Part shown: in pieces, positions 24,418 to 36,530 of the stretch
How positions within the stretch are numbered: position 1 is the stretch's first letter
Layout of the letters: each line of letters opens with the position of its first letter
Origin: Plasmodiophora brassicae
Taxonomy: Eukaryota
Direction: 5' to 3'
DNA length: 64,000 bases
NCBI GenBank assembly: GCA_036867785.1
Contig: CP145419.1
Coordinates: 248,001 to 312,000 of the forward strand
Program-made: the position numbers and the translations under genes
The notes under the pieces: generated by a model
Seen by the model: only the letters and a program-made list of their open reading frames with translations
What the model was told of the DNA's origin: nothing
Database searches by the model: none

Positions 24418-26595
24418 ATGCTGCCGGCCATGCTGCCGATAGCGCTGCTGGTGTTGCTGTCGGCCCGGGCGGGCGTCGTCGAGTCGGTCGCCGCCAGCGT
24501 TCAGGTCGACAGGACCGCGCTGGAGGGCGCGTCGGCCTGGGTCACCGTGTCCTGGGACGGCATCCCGGGGCCGACGGCGCGCGACCGGATCGCGCTCTAC
24601 TCGCCGCCCGACGCCCCGGCTTCCATCAAGTACCGCAACGCCAGCAGCGTCGCGACGCACCTGGCGTCCGGGTCGGGCGCGCTCCCCTTCTTCCTGATCA
24701 ACCTGCGCGACCGCATGCGCTTCCGCGTCGAGCGGGACGGCCGCGTGCTGGCCGCGTCGCCGTTGCTGTCGTTCGGCAGCGCCAACGTGCCCATGTCGCC
24801 GCGGCTCTCGTTGACCGACCGGTCGCCCGCCGAGCTGCGCCTGAGCTGGTCCAGCAAGAACACGAGCGACGCTCGCGTCGAGCTGCGCAGCGTCGATCGC
24901 AACGGCTCGCTGCCGTTCCGGTGGTCGGGGACGGCGACGACGACCACGTACGCCGTCGGCGACCTGTGTGGGCCGCCGGCGTCGACGACCGGGTGGCGCG
25001 ACCCGGGCGCCATCCACTACGCGATCCTGCAGGGGCTGTCCCCGTCGACGACGTACATGTACAGTACGATCTAGAGCGGTGCCGCCCGGTGGGGACCACG
25101 ACGCCGCGCTGACGAACACGCACGCAGGGTTCGGGTCGGCGACGACGGGCTGGAGCGAAGAGCGCCCACTGAGGACGCCGCCGGAGCCATCGCCCACCTC
25201 GTCGGTGAGGATCGCCGTGTTCGGCGACATGGGTGCCGCAGGTACGTCGGTGACGGGCGCGTGTGCACCTGGTCTGTGTGTCGTCAACGGCGCCCCGGCA
25301 GACCCGGACGGGGCCGCCTCGGCGCATTCGGAGGCGATGAGCGCCAGGACCGTCGGCGTCCTCGCGTCGCACCTGGACGACATCGACCTCGTCCTGCACA
25401 TCGGCGACCTCGCATACGCGCGCGGTAACCAGCAGACCTGTTCGGTGTCTGATGGGTGCCGGTAGCGCTCATCGGGGTTCGCGTCCACCACCACCAGGGT
25501 ACCAGTCGATCTGGGATGCGTTCATGTACCAGATCTCGCCGATCGCCGGCCGGATCCCATACCAGACCGCCGTCGGCAACCACGAGCTCGATGGGCTCAT
25601 CGACCGGCGAACGCCGGCGGGTCGCGACGACAGCGGTAAGCGAACCCCAGGGGGACGGGACGCGCCGCCCGCCCCGATGACATTGGCGCCGGCAGGCGGC
25701 GAGTGCGGCGTCCCGTACAAGAAGCGGTTCCCGACGCCGACGTCGTCGCGTGCCTTCTGGTACGGGTTCCGGATCGGCCCCGTCCACGTCATCGTCCTGT
25801 CGACGGAGCACGCCCTGGCGCCCGGGTGGCCCCAGCGCCAGTTCCTGATGGACGAGATCGCCAACCGCGTCGACCGGCGCGTCACGCCCTGGCTGGTCGT
25901 CGTCGGCCACCGGCCCGTCTACGAGGACTCGACGACGGAACCGGTCGGTTGCACACGTTGGCGAACCGCCGCCGACGAAACGCTGACCTGGGGGGGCGCG
26001 CGTGTCTCGCGGGTGGCAGGACGTCGACGTCAAGTTCATGGGGAGCTTCCGGGACGACCTGGAGCCGCTGTTGCGCATCGCCCGCGTCGACATGGCGTTC
26101 TGGGGCCACGACCACGCCTACTACCGGACGTGTCGCCTGCACCGGTCGGCGTGCGACGCGGGCGACGGCGTCGTCCACGTCGTCGTCGGCGCCGGCGGCC
26201 ACTCGCTGTCGCCCGACCGGCACCCGGTGCCGCCCGCCTGGCTCGTCAGGCGCGTCGACCGGTTCGGCATCGGCATCGTCAACGCCACCGGCACGACGCT
26301 GACGTTCCAGTTCGTCGACGCCGATGACGGGCGCGCCGTCCTCGACCAGGTCACCCTGACGAAAGCGCCACCGGCGCCACACGGGACAGCGGCGTCGTCG
26401 TCGTCGACCGACCCGATCCTCGCCTTCTTCTTCGTGTCGGTGACGATGGCCGGGGCCGTCGCCGGCGTTGTCGTCGCGCTGCGTCGACAACGCCCGGACG
26501 GGGCGCCGACCGCGACCGCCCTGCAGGACGAGGCGGCCGTCGAGCAGCAGGGCCTGATCGACAAGGACCGCACGGATCGGTTCACCATTGAGTAA
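24418..26595 (+). CDS. Secreted/membrane-anchored purple acid phosphatase (metallophosphoesterase with N-terminal Fn3-like domains)
   Basis: Signal peptide; all five PAP metal motifs (FGDMG, IGDLAYA, VGNHE, VVGHRP, WGHDH); DSGGECGVP; C-terminal TM ILAFFFVSVTMAGAVAGVVVAL. Confidence 0.9.
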
Positions 26596-26885
26596 ACGCG
26601 CACGACGGCTCCTGGCCCCGGTTGGCGCGCGTCGCTCTGGCGGAAATAGCCGCGCTTCAACCGCGTCCAGCCGCCAGAGGGGTCGACGACGACGACGTCC
26701 CCCTTCCAGCAGCGCGGTCGCAACACGCCAGCAGGCGCATGTCCCTGCGCCATAAGCAGGGCGCCGCCTGTCGTCGTCGGCGAGGAGGAGCGGGGCACGA
26801 ATTGACGATCAGTGCAGTCAGTCATACCACGACAGCAGCGCGTTCGACGACGACGACGACGACGACGGCATCAGCAGCGGTCGTC

Positions 26886-29222
26886 ATGGAGCCGTACTCT
26901 GCGGTACGTGGCCTGCCCGCGCCCGCCGGCGGTTGCTGATTTCGTTCGTGCGCGATATGACAGCTCGAATCCAACTTCCAGTACGACGCCGAGGTGGCCG
27001 GGTCGACGTCCATGATGGCGCCGTTCCAGCCGATCCCGCAGGTCGGTCGCACACGTTGCCACACGCGCCGGGGCGCGCTGACCGGGCCGGCGTCGTTTAG
27101 TTCCATGGCGGGCAGCAGCGTCCGGTGCCGCCCGCTGCGTACCCGTCGCTGGACATCGGCGCCGTGCCTCGGGAGGCGAACCCGATGCAGTACCAGATCG
27201 TCGTGCCCGAGATGAACGCCAGCGACGGCGCCGACTGCGTCATCTGCGGCGGCGCGCACGCCCTCCGCACCATGCTGGACCTGTCGTTCACGTGCAGCAT
27301 CACGTCGCTGCTGAAGAACCTGCGCGAGAAGCCCAACTCGTTCTGCTTCACGGTCGACGACGTGCTGCGCCTCAGGATCCCGTTCAAGGTCTACGCGGCG
27401 TCGACGATCAAACGGGGGCGGTCGCTGCTGCGCCGCGGGTGCATGGTCTTCGTGCTCACCGATCAGATCCTTGTCCACATCTACTGCCGCACGCCGCTGA
27501 CCGGACGGTTCGCTGGCCCGAAGCAGACGCGCGCCCGTGCGATTCGCTGACCGGCGTTGCAGCGGGTCGATCAAATGGACGCCGGTCGCCCGGGAATCTT
27601 TCCTGGCGTTCGAGGACGAGATGACGTTCACGTTGCGGGTGATGACCACCGATCCGCAAATGAAGAGCGACGTCCGCATCAGCGTCGACGTGGCCCCTGA
27701 CCTGCTGCACAGCGACAGGCTGCAGCAGAACCGGTTGGGTCGAATCCGCTGGCCCCCCCTCTGCTGTCGTCCGCCTCACAACGGTTCTGCTCCAGGGACG
27801 ATTCGTCGTCCGGTCGCCAGCGAGACTCGCCCGAGGTGCAACCGGCGGCGCTCATCAAGAAGGTCGTGCCGTCCGAGTACAACATCGACAAGGATCGCAC
27901 CATTGAACCGGACCTGAACGCGCGTTCTGCGACCGCCTGTCGAGGTATGCACACGTGTCCAGAGCGCGCCCCCCGGCAAGGCGTCTGAATCTGGGACCCG
28001 GGCAGGCCATCGTATCGCGTCGTACAGTTTCCGGATGCACATCTCGTTGTCGACGGCGAAGAACCTCAGGCAGCGCGCCTCAGCGTGAGCGTCGCGCGCG
28101 CCCGAATGCAATCGTCTGCGCCCCCGCAGCTGACCCATCGTTGCCGAACAGGTTCGACATTATATTCGACGCCAGCGCCGGCGAGTACCAGCCGTCCGTC
28201 TGGCACCTGAAATGGAAGGTGTACGCCGACTCGACCATCAAACGGGGCAGGAAGGCTTTGCGGAGGAACGATTTCGGTACCGTCCCGCCCCCGCATGGCC
28301 TGCTACTCTCCATTGCAATGGGCTGACCATGCCTGCAGTGTTCCCGATACCACCGGATCGTGTCATTGCCGGTACGTGTTCCTCGGCGGTTCCAGCGCGC
28401 GCGCGCCCGCTGACGTCGCCCTCGTTAGTGTACTGCAAGTCGCCATCGGAGGTCGCTGGGGTGGAGCGGTGCGCCCTGAAGTGGACCGAGGAGAAGCAGG
28501 AATCGTTCCTGGCGTTCGAATCGGGCCTCATGTACACGATCGTCGTCTACTCGATGTCGCCCGGCGACAAGGCGCGCGTCTTCCGCATCCTGAACGACGA
28601 CGATAACGAACGTATCACGGAATGGGTCAACGACTTGGACCCGACGGATACGTCGCAGAGTGCGGTTCGCGCTTCACAGGTACGCCAGGCACGACGTCGT
28701 CGTTGCATCGGCGGTGGATAACGTCTAGAAGGGTGTGGCGCCACCAGCGTCCACGTGGCAGATGGAGCCGTCGCTGTGGAACATGACGTCCAACCCGGGC
28801 GACAAGTTCTACGCCATGATTGTGGCCCCGGAGGGTGTCGCCCTGCCCGAACACCCCATCGTCGAGATGCACGCCCACGATAAACAGATCCAGGTGCGAT
28901 CCGTCGCGCGTACTGGGGCGGCGTCGTTGCACCGTCCCCAACCACATGCACACAGATTGTTCCGGTGCAGGTCGACCAACGGCAACGACGGTCCATGCTG
29001 ATCGCCATGCCGATCGTGTTCTCACAGGAGCGGGTCGAGGAAGCCGCCGCACAAGGTCGGTCGTGGCTTCCCCTCTGCCCGCGCAGTCGCCTTCGTGGTG
29101 GTTGAGTGTTCAAACGCACAGGCGTGACATTCTCACGAGCCGTCGACCTGTCCGTGTTGGACGCGAGCGGATCGAACCTGTGGACGACGACCTTCACGTA
29201 CGAGCTGGGCGATCCGGCCTAA
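26886..29222 (+). CDS. Uncharacterised multi-exon protein with an internally repeated domain
   Basis: Clean GT-AG exon chain; two copies of KNLR..F...KVYA(A/D)STIKRGR..LRR...YC..P..KWT....ESFLAFE. Confidence 0.65.
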
Positions 29223-29316
29223 AGCACAATACAACACCGGACTGGGTGTGGGTCGATGGGGGGAGGCCCGCCCCATCGCGTATTTATGGCAAACGCGCAC
29301 CCACAGGGAGCGGTCG

Positions 29317-30019
29317 TCATTTACCGCGACCACGACCGCGACCGCCGCGTCCACCTCGGCCACCACGATCACCGCCTCTGCCTATCAATGCGGACTCGCA
29401 TTCAGCATCCACGACGCCGACGACCGAACCGGTGAACGACGAACCGCGACCCGCGCCACGAGGCGCTCCCCTTGCGCCACGGGTGCTGGCACCACGGTCA
29501 GCACGACCGCCGCGTTGCGCGCGAAGCTCTCGCTCGATATCCATTGCCTTGTCGACCTATGGACACGATGAGACGGCGGTCCGGGCGGCAGTGACAGCCA
29601 CGCTGGGCAACCGTTTCATCGGGGACACGCAGGTACTTGATGTTGTTCCCGCGAATGTAGATGTCGCTCAAGCGCCAGAACCGGTCACAGTCCTGGGCCC
29701 ACGATTAGACGAACCAGCAGGGGGACGGCCACGATTCCACACACGTACGCGAGACGTCCGAACAACATCCTTCATGTTCAGGTTCATCCAGCTGTCAATG
29801 TTGACCAGGCGCCCGTTGTACGTCTCGCCGTTCTTCAGTTCCACCAGCTGTACGCGAGCGCGCCCGTGTCAGCAGCGACCCGCCCGCACAGCGCGCGCGA
29901 CGAACCTACCATCGGACTGCCCTCGGTCGCACGAAGCAACGACAGGGGCAACTACAGAGCGGCACGCCAGTCAGTCCAATGGGCCATGCCCGGCAACGAC
30001 GACGACGACGACGCACCAT
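29317..30019 (-). CDS. LSM4: U6 snRNA-associated Sm-like protein LSm4
   Basis: [62 protein letters not shown], followed by an RGG-rich tail. Confidence 0.93.
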
Positions 30020-30381
30020 CGGGGCCGATCCAGCGCGATCTCGCGCACTCCGCGATCACCGTTCGGAACGCGGCTGGGCCTGGCGCGCGTTATACGTCTT
30101 ACGACGCCCACACCGCGGCAACAACAGCCCATGTTCGGGGAACAGGCACTGAATCGCTGGCTCTCGTTGACGGATGCAACGTGCGTTTGCAGGGCGTGCT
30201 GATCCAGTGATCGGCGTATCAGCGGCGCGGTTGGATCGAACTGTTCGCTGGCAGAGCCAGGCCACGTTACTGGCGGCGCGGTGCCCCCCTGCTGAGGATC
30301 CCGCGACCCGACGCGTTGGGGGGTGTCCGCTGGGCATTGGACATTGCCCTCGTCGCGACGTGACATCGCGCGTTCTCGACA

Positions 30382-31239
30382 ATGTCGACGTCGTTCCAGG
30401 TGTACTACTTCCCGATCCAGGGCCGTGCGGAACCGATCCGCCTCCTGCTGGCCCTAGCCGGTGCCGACTGGGACAACAAGTTTCCGACGGTTGGGTGCAC
30501 GCCCGCCTCCGGCGACAGACGAACAGCCCGGTCTGGAAGTTTAACCTGTTTGCGACAGGACTGGCCGTCGGAGAAGGCGGGCACGCCGATGGGGCAACTG
30601 CCCGTTCTGATCGAGAAGTCGGCCGACGGCAGCGATACCGTCATCCCGCAGAGCCATACGATCATGCGATACGTGGCCAGGAAATTCGGGTTCGACGGCA
30701 GCAACGATCGGGAGCGAACGTCGCTGGACGCCATCTACGAAAGCTTCGGTACGGGTGATGGCGCCACATCCGGCCGCATACGCCCCCGTTGACATCCCTG
30801 CCGTAGTGGACCTGATTGCCCATGTGAACAAGCATATTGTGGAACCGGTTCGGAGCAAGGCGCCGAAAGACCAGGCCGACCAGCTACGGGCCACGTTCTT
30901 CAGCGACGTCCTGCCCAGGTTCGTGGCGCTGCAGGAGAAGCACTTGAGCAGGAACGGGAACAACGGGCACTTTGTTGGCGGCCGCGTAACAACGATCCGC
31001 CGGGCGCCTGGGCAACGCGGATGGCTGACTGTTTGCACCTCGTGCAGGTCAGCTACGTCGACGTCATCGCGTATTTCTACTACGCGCGCATCAACTTCGA
31101 GCAGGCGGACGCGCTGAACGAGCGCAACGCACCCGCCTGGACGAAGCTGTACAGGGCCATCGACCAGAACGGACGCGTCCAGGCCTACCTGAAGTCGCCC
31201 AAGCGCCCGGGCGTCTACCCTCCCGGGATGGGACGCTGA
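30382..31239 (+). CDS. Glutathione S-transferase, sigma/alpha-like
   Basis: VYYFPIQGRAEPIRLLLA, TPMGQLPVL, IPQSHTIMRYVARKFG, C-terminal VQAYLKSPKRP. Confidence 0.92.
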
Positions 31240-31432
31240 TGACCGGCGCCACACCCGATCAGGAACAATACAATCGCCCCGGGTCGATGATAAGTGTGTG
31301 CGCCATCAGTAGTGGTAGCACGAACGTTCCGGCTGCCGATCACCGTTTCGGCAATGATGTACATGAACGTCGGTCGTGACCGAAATAACATCGTGAGGGG
31401 AGCGGCGGCGACGACGACGGTCAATACCGGTT

Positions 31433-34400
31433 TTATTGACGTCGGCCCAGACGCGCGGCCAGCGCCTGGAAGCCGTCGTCGAGATCGCCGATCGCCCGTC
31501 GCATGTCCTGCAGGACCTGGCGGATCTCGGCCATCTCTTCCGACGGGCTCGCGCGCCGCTGGCCGCCGCCCAGCAGCAACCAGAACAGCGCCACGAGGCA
31601 TACGGCCAGGCAGAACGTCGACAGCGTCTACCAGCCAGCCTGAGGTTCGGCGCGTCGGCCCGGCCCACCCGCTTCCGTACCTGGAAGTGTCGATGCGACC
31701 TGTACTGCAGCGGGACCGCATCGGCCGATCGTTGCGGGGCGGCGGCCGCCTTCGCCGTTACGGCTCCCGTCTGCGTCGGCATCGGCCACTGTGCCGGGTC
31801 CAGCTCGAGGCCCTCGCCGACAACGTCCTGCAGCAGCGCGTACGACTCCTGCGCCTCCCGGACGACGTTCTTCTGGATCGTGCTCCGCAGCAGCGTGCGC
31901 TTCAGGAAGACGGCCTCGACGGCGACCACGATCTCGGTCCGCGATTCTGCTGGCGTCGGTCAGCGCCGCCGCGAGAACGCGCGCGCGCACACGTCGGGAA
32001 CGTACCCGCCGTCGGGATCAGGTCGATCTGCGTGCTGACCGTGAAGCAGTCCGCGTAGGGGATGCCCGACGCGCGCGTCTCGATCAGGTAGGCCGCCCTG
32101 CCAGTGGATTCATCGCAGAGCGCGTACCTGCACGACGGGTTAGCACAGCGACGGCCGGCCGGGCGCGACCAACCCCGACCGATGTTCCGCCTCGAGGCGC
32201 GCCGAATCGGCGCCGAACGCAGCGAATGCCGCTGACAAGGGTCGGCGGCTCGTCACCGTCCGCTTCAGGAACCCACTGGACAGATCTGCGACCGCGGGCC
32301 ATCAGTTCTCTGGCGATTCGCCGGCAACCCTAGGCCGAACCATGCTGCCAGGCGCCGACGACCACGTCGAGGTGCCCGTCGCGATCGTGGAACTTGCGCC
32401 AGGTGTCCTCGCTTCGTAGCAGGGAGCGCACCGCCCCGACCGGGCTGCTGACGACGACGGTGCGGATCGTGACGCAGTCGGGGCCGCGATCGGCGATCGG
32501 GACGCAGGCGTGCACCGGCGTTCGAACCGGGTCCGATGGCACGTTCAGGGACGACAGCAACGGGCGGACAACGGGTACCGGCGTCGTCGCCCGACTCGCG
32601 TCGCGATACGGTGTTCGAGGCGGGGACAGGAGGGCGACCGCGATCGCGCTCTGGATGCGCCACAGCTCGTGGATCGATGCGAACGCCTGCGGCCGTTAGG
32701 TGGTCCACCAGTCAACTAGGGGTGGGGACCGGGAGGGGGTTGACCTGGTCGAAGTAGATGAAGTTGGTGAAGACGCGCGTGCCTTCGGAATCGACAACGC
32801 GCAGGGCGCTGGGCAGCATCAGGCCCGGTTTCTCCTTCTCGACGCCCAGCAGCGATGTGAACGCCATCCGAACCGGCTTCTTCAGCAGCAGCGGGGACGT
32901 GAACACGAGGAACGACCTGCCATCGACTCAGACGGCGCGGTCAGGTCTTCCCGTTGCCGAATACGGTCCTGACCGGGTGACGGCCAGCCTGCCGTGGATT
33001 GGGAACCCCTTCTTGAGCAGCGCGCACGAGTAGGACGAGATCGGGGCTTCCTCGCTGCTTGCGGCGCCGTCCACGTTGAGCACGGCGCAGGGATCCGAAT
33101 CGTCCTTCTGCTTGACACCAGTGCCCGCCTGACCAAACAATGCTTCCAGCGGCCCGACCCATCTCGTCGTGCGCCGCCCCTACCGATTCTTCACGATGCG
33201 CGATTCCGCTCTGGTCAGCGTCCTCATCGACGTCAGCCTCAATTGGCAGACCCGGTTTCGATTCGGGCTGGTCGACCGCATTGATGGCAGACGCACTGGT
33301 GTTCACCAGTGCTAGTCTGGCCTGTACGACGTCTCAGTGTCTGGGACGATATATCGATCCCTGAGTGATACCTCTGCGAACCGAATCAGCGCGTCCTCAA
33401 CGGACGAGAGCCGCTGCGAGTGCAACGACCTGGCTGTACCAACGAGTGCCAGGGCAGCAGGCATGTCGGTAGGGTCGGTGGACGACTGCAGGTGCAACGC
33501 GCTGTGGAACGCCTTTCGTGACCAGGCGTCAGTGGAGGTCTGTGCCCACAGCGCATCGTTGACCTCGACCTGATTCTCGTTGTCGGTGATGTCAGTGTGG
33601 CACGAGACGATGTCGTGGCAGTCGGCCGTGATGCAGGCCGACAACGACTCGTGGCCTTCCGCCAGGCGCGTCAGAAGCTTGGCCATCGAGTTGACACTGA
33701 CCTGTCGTCCGCTGGCGTTAGCAACGTGATTGCCGACGGAAGCGTAACGCGACGCGTACATCAGATGTGCCCAGGCAGGGATCCTGCGCTCCCCTCCACA
33801 ACGCAGCAGACAGCTTACTGTCGGCAACGGCCAGCTCCCGCATGACACTGCTTATCGCGACGGTCAGCGCTCGTCCCGACCTAACCTGCGAATGGATGGC
33901 ACATTTGCGACGATCCGCAGTCATCATGTATGGCGAGAGCGTACCAGCTCGCTACCCAGTCGATATGCATCGCATGGCGCGTTGCACGATTCGTCGTCTG
34001 AGGCGCTTTGCCTGAGCAGGGCAGTTAGACGTTTGACGTCCTCCTGGGAGCGACACACCGCCCGACCCGCCCATCATTGTCTTGATCGAACCGTGGAAGT
34101 TTGCGATCTCAGCGATATGTTGCTGGATTTGCAGCCGGAACAATGAGCAAAGTCTAATCATCATCGTCGTCGGGTGCCCATCCCGCTCCCTGTTCAAGGC
34201 AATCCATCAGGAGGCACTCGTCAATGTCCCGTATCGCCTCCAAACCCCGACAAGGTTTGAACAGAACTCGCCATGGAAGACTGGCCGGAGGCGCACTTGC
34301 CAATGAACTCTTTAACGGCTTCTAGATGGGTCGAGGTGCTCTCACCTCGTTTGGAAGCCTTTTCAAGCGCGTTTGCGTATTTCTGTAGTGCAGCCGACAA

Positions 34401-34525
34401 GCGCGACATTAACCTGGCGGAATGTCAACCGGTAGCGTCAGACAAATCGTTCGGCCGGTAATCTACCCGACAACGGTCGGCAGAGCACGGCTGTCAGGCG
34501 TCGCATCGGCAACGCTCGGCTCCAT
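31433..34525 (-). CDS. LAM/GRAMD1-like lipid-transfer protein: N-terminal helical (BAR-like) region, GRAM, VASt/StART-like domain, C-terminal TM and coiled coil
   Basis: GRAM-like YSCALLKKGFPIHGRLAVT...PGLMLPSALRV; VASt-like IETRASGIPYADCFTV..VFLKRTLLRSTIQKN; TM TFCLAVCLVALFWLLLG; helical N-terminus LQKYANALEKASK. Start position uncertain. Confidence 0.75.
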
Positions 34526-34887
34526 TCGCCTGGCGCAGGTCAGATCGCCAGATGACCAGAACCCTTAGCAAACGTCACGCAAGACTCTGTGACGACTATT
34601 CGGGAACGCCTTGCGCTGTTGCTCTGCCTCTGGCACCCGAATGAGCCAGTCCAGTGTGAGGAATGTATCTTGTTCTGGTCATCGCTTGTGTGGTGCCGGA
34701 TTTCGTCTGCAAATACAATGCAAGAAAGACGCGGTCGGTGGGGAACGGCATCGGGGCACGACAACGGCTTCGTTGATGCCATACATACACGTATTCGTGC
34801 ACCTAGCTTGCAGTACAGTATGGTACGGCGAACGAAAGGCAAACCTCTTTACTCCAAACAAATCCAAACGGCTAAGCGTGTAGGTGG

Positions 34888-36099
34888 TCAAAGCAGACTC
34901 TGAAGGGCGTTGGTAACGATCATCAGATAGGACGTATCATCATCCTTGGAGAGCTTCTCGCCGAGGCCGACCGTGAACGCCGTGCTCGTCGTGTCGTTCT
35001 CAGCACGAGGTTCAAACAGACTATATCCGGAAAGGGCCCCCGTGCCGACAGCAAATTTAACGGGCTTGATCTCGGTCTGCGGCGGAAAGTAATTGCCGAC
35101 GTAAAGCGCGACGAGAGGGTCGGCGAACACGAACTGCGAGTCGAGGCCGCCAAGGACAACGCTGGTTACGACTTTGGCGTGGCGCAGGAGATTGGCGACC
35201 TTGGCGTCGACGTCGTCAATCGAGCGGTCCACAAACTCCCACACGGTATCACGTGCCTTGTCAAGGTCGCCCCTGAGCAGATATGAGTTGAGAGTGCGCA
35301 GATCGTCTTGGCTGGCACCGAGCTCATTGACGGCCACACGTTCGACATCGAGCAGGCAGCTGTCCATGATTGACTTGTTCCAGTCGACCATGAGGCCGCG
35401 GATCAGGTTGAGCTGGGGGCTTTGCTCGCACAGACGATCGAATTCGACCCAGAAGCAAGGGGCGGTGAGATTCCCGCAGGAATTCGTCTTACCGAGAACC
35501 GGGTACGTCTCAAACAGCGTATGAGTTTTGAACGCCGTGTTCACGAAGGCGGCAACGACGTCCGAAGTGGCAACCTGGTACAAGCAGCGCACGTTGAACC
35601 CCAAGTACGAGTATGCGTCGACGCTGCGGAAGATGCTGTTGTCGGACTGCCAGATGCGGAACAGCTCAGACATAACCTTGGCGCTGATGATGCGCACGTC
35701 ATCGCCTTGACGTTGCGCGTCCTTGATTATCGCAGGTACGCGTTCGTCCGCCACGCCGTATTCATTTAGATTGATGCGGTCCGTCGTTCTGAGGCGTTCG
35801 GCTGCTCCCTCTGCAACGAACACGTTTTCTGACGTGTCGCCGCGAACGATTTCGATGGACGCCACCTGCTGCGGGAAGAAGGTTCGGATCCACAGACGAG
35901 CGCGGGCGACTTTCATCTCCATCTGCGGGCCGGCACCAACGACCATAGCAGATGGGACAATACGAGCGCGGGCCAAGACCAGCACCATCCAGGCATCATC
36001 CGGCTCCAGGTCGGTGAAGACAATCCACTTGTCGTCAGCCGCAACCAGCGCGACGGCTGCCAGCAGCAACGTCAACCCAATCGCGAGCAACGACGCCAT
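34888..36099 (-). CDS. Intronless secreted protein with a nucleoside-hydrolase-like N-terminal motif
   Basis: Signal MASLLAIGLTLLLAAVALVAA, then WIVFTDLEPDDAW (D-x-x-x-DD at the end of the first strand); late FADPLVALY segment. Confidence 0.65.
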   Translation of the reverse strand: MASLLAIGLTLLLAAVALVAADDKWIVFTDLEPDDAWMVLVLARARIVPSAMVVGAGPQMEMKVARARLWIRTFFPQQVASIEIVRGDTSENVFVAEGAAERLRTTDRINLNEYGVADERVPAIIKDAQRQGDDVRIISAKVMSELFRIWQSDNSIFRSVDAYSYLGFNVRCLYQVATSDVVAAFVNTAFKTHTLFETYPVLGKTNSCGNLTAPCFWVEFDRLCEQSPQLNLIRGLMVDWNKSIMDSCLLDVERVAVNELGASQDDLRTLNSYLLRGDLDKARDTVWEFVDRSIDDVDAKVANLLRHAKVVTSVVLGGLDSQFVFADPLVALYVGNYFPPQTEIKPVKFAVGTGALSGYSLFEPRAENDTTSTAFTVGLGEKLSKDDDTSYLMIVTNALQSLL

Positions 36100-36530
36100 C
36101 CTGTACAGTGTACAGGTTCCCAACTATAAAATAATGCCAGTCCGCAGTCCGGACGGGCGCAGGGCACCCAGGCGGCGGCGGCGTGTGCGCCGGCTTGTGT
36201 TTAGGGGGCGCGCGGCCTCTGCCCACGCACCGTACGCGCGCACTGCGTCTCGTTACCGACGTCATCACATACGCCACCGGCCGCTGGTGTGGCGATGTTG
36301 GGTCTTCCGTATTCGATTTCTGTCGAGAGTAAATCCCTCACATTCAAGCTCGCTGCCGAGCAATGCAAACCGTTTTCGAGGGTACGTTGGTCGCGCCGTA
36401 GTCCAGCAAGTGTTACGATGCCTAGCAAAGTCATAATCATTTGGCGTTCTGCACTGGTTAAGATGGGCCTCCACCGGGAAATGCATGGGTGTATAGTGTC
36501 GCTGACGAGTACTTGGTCGTGGGGTTTCCC

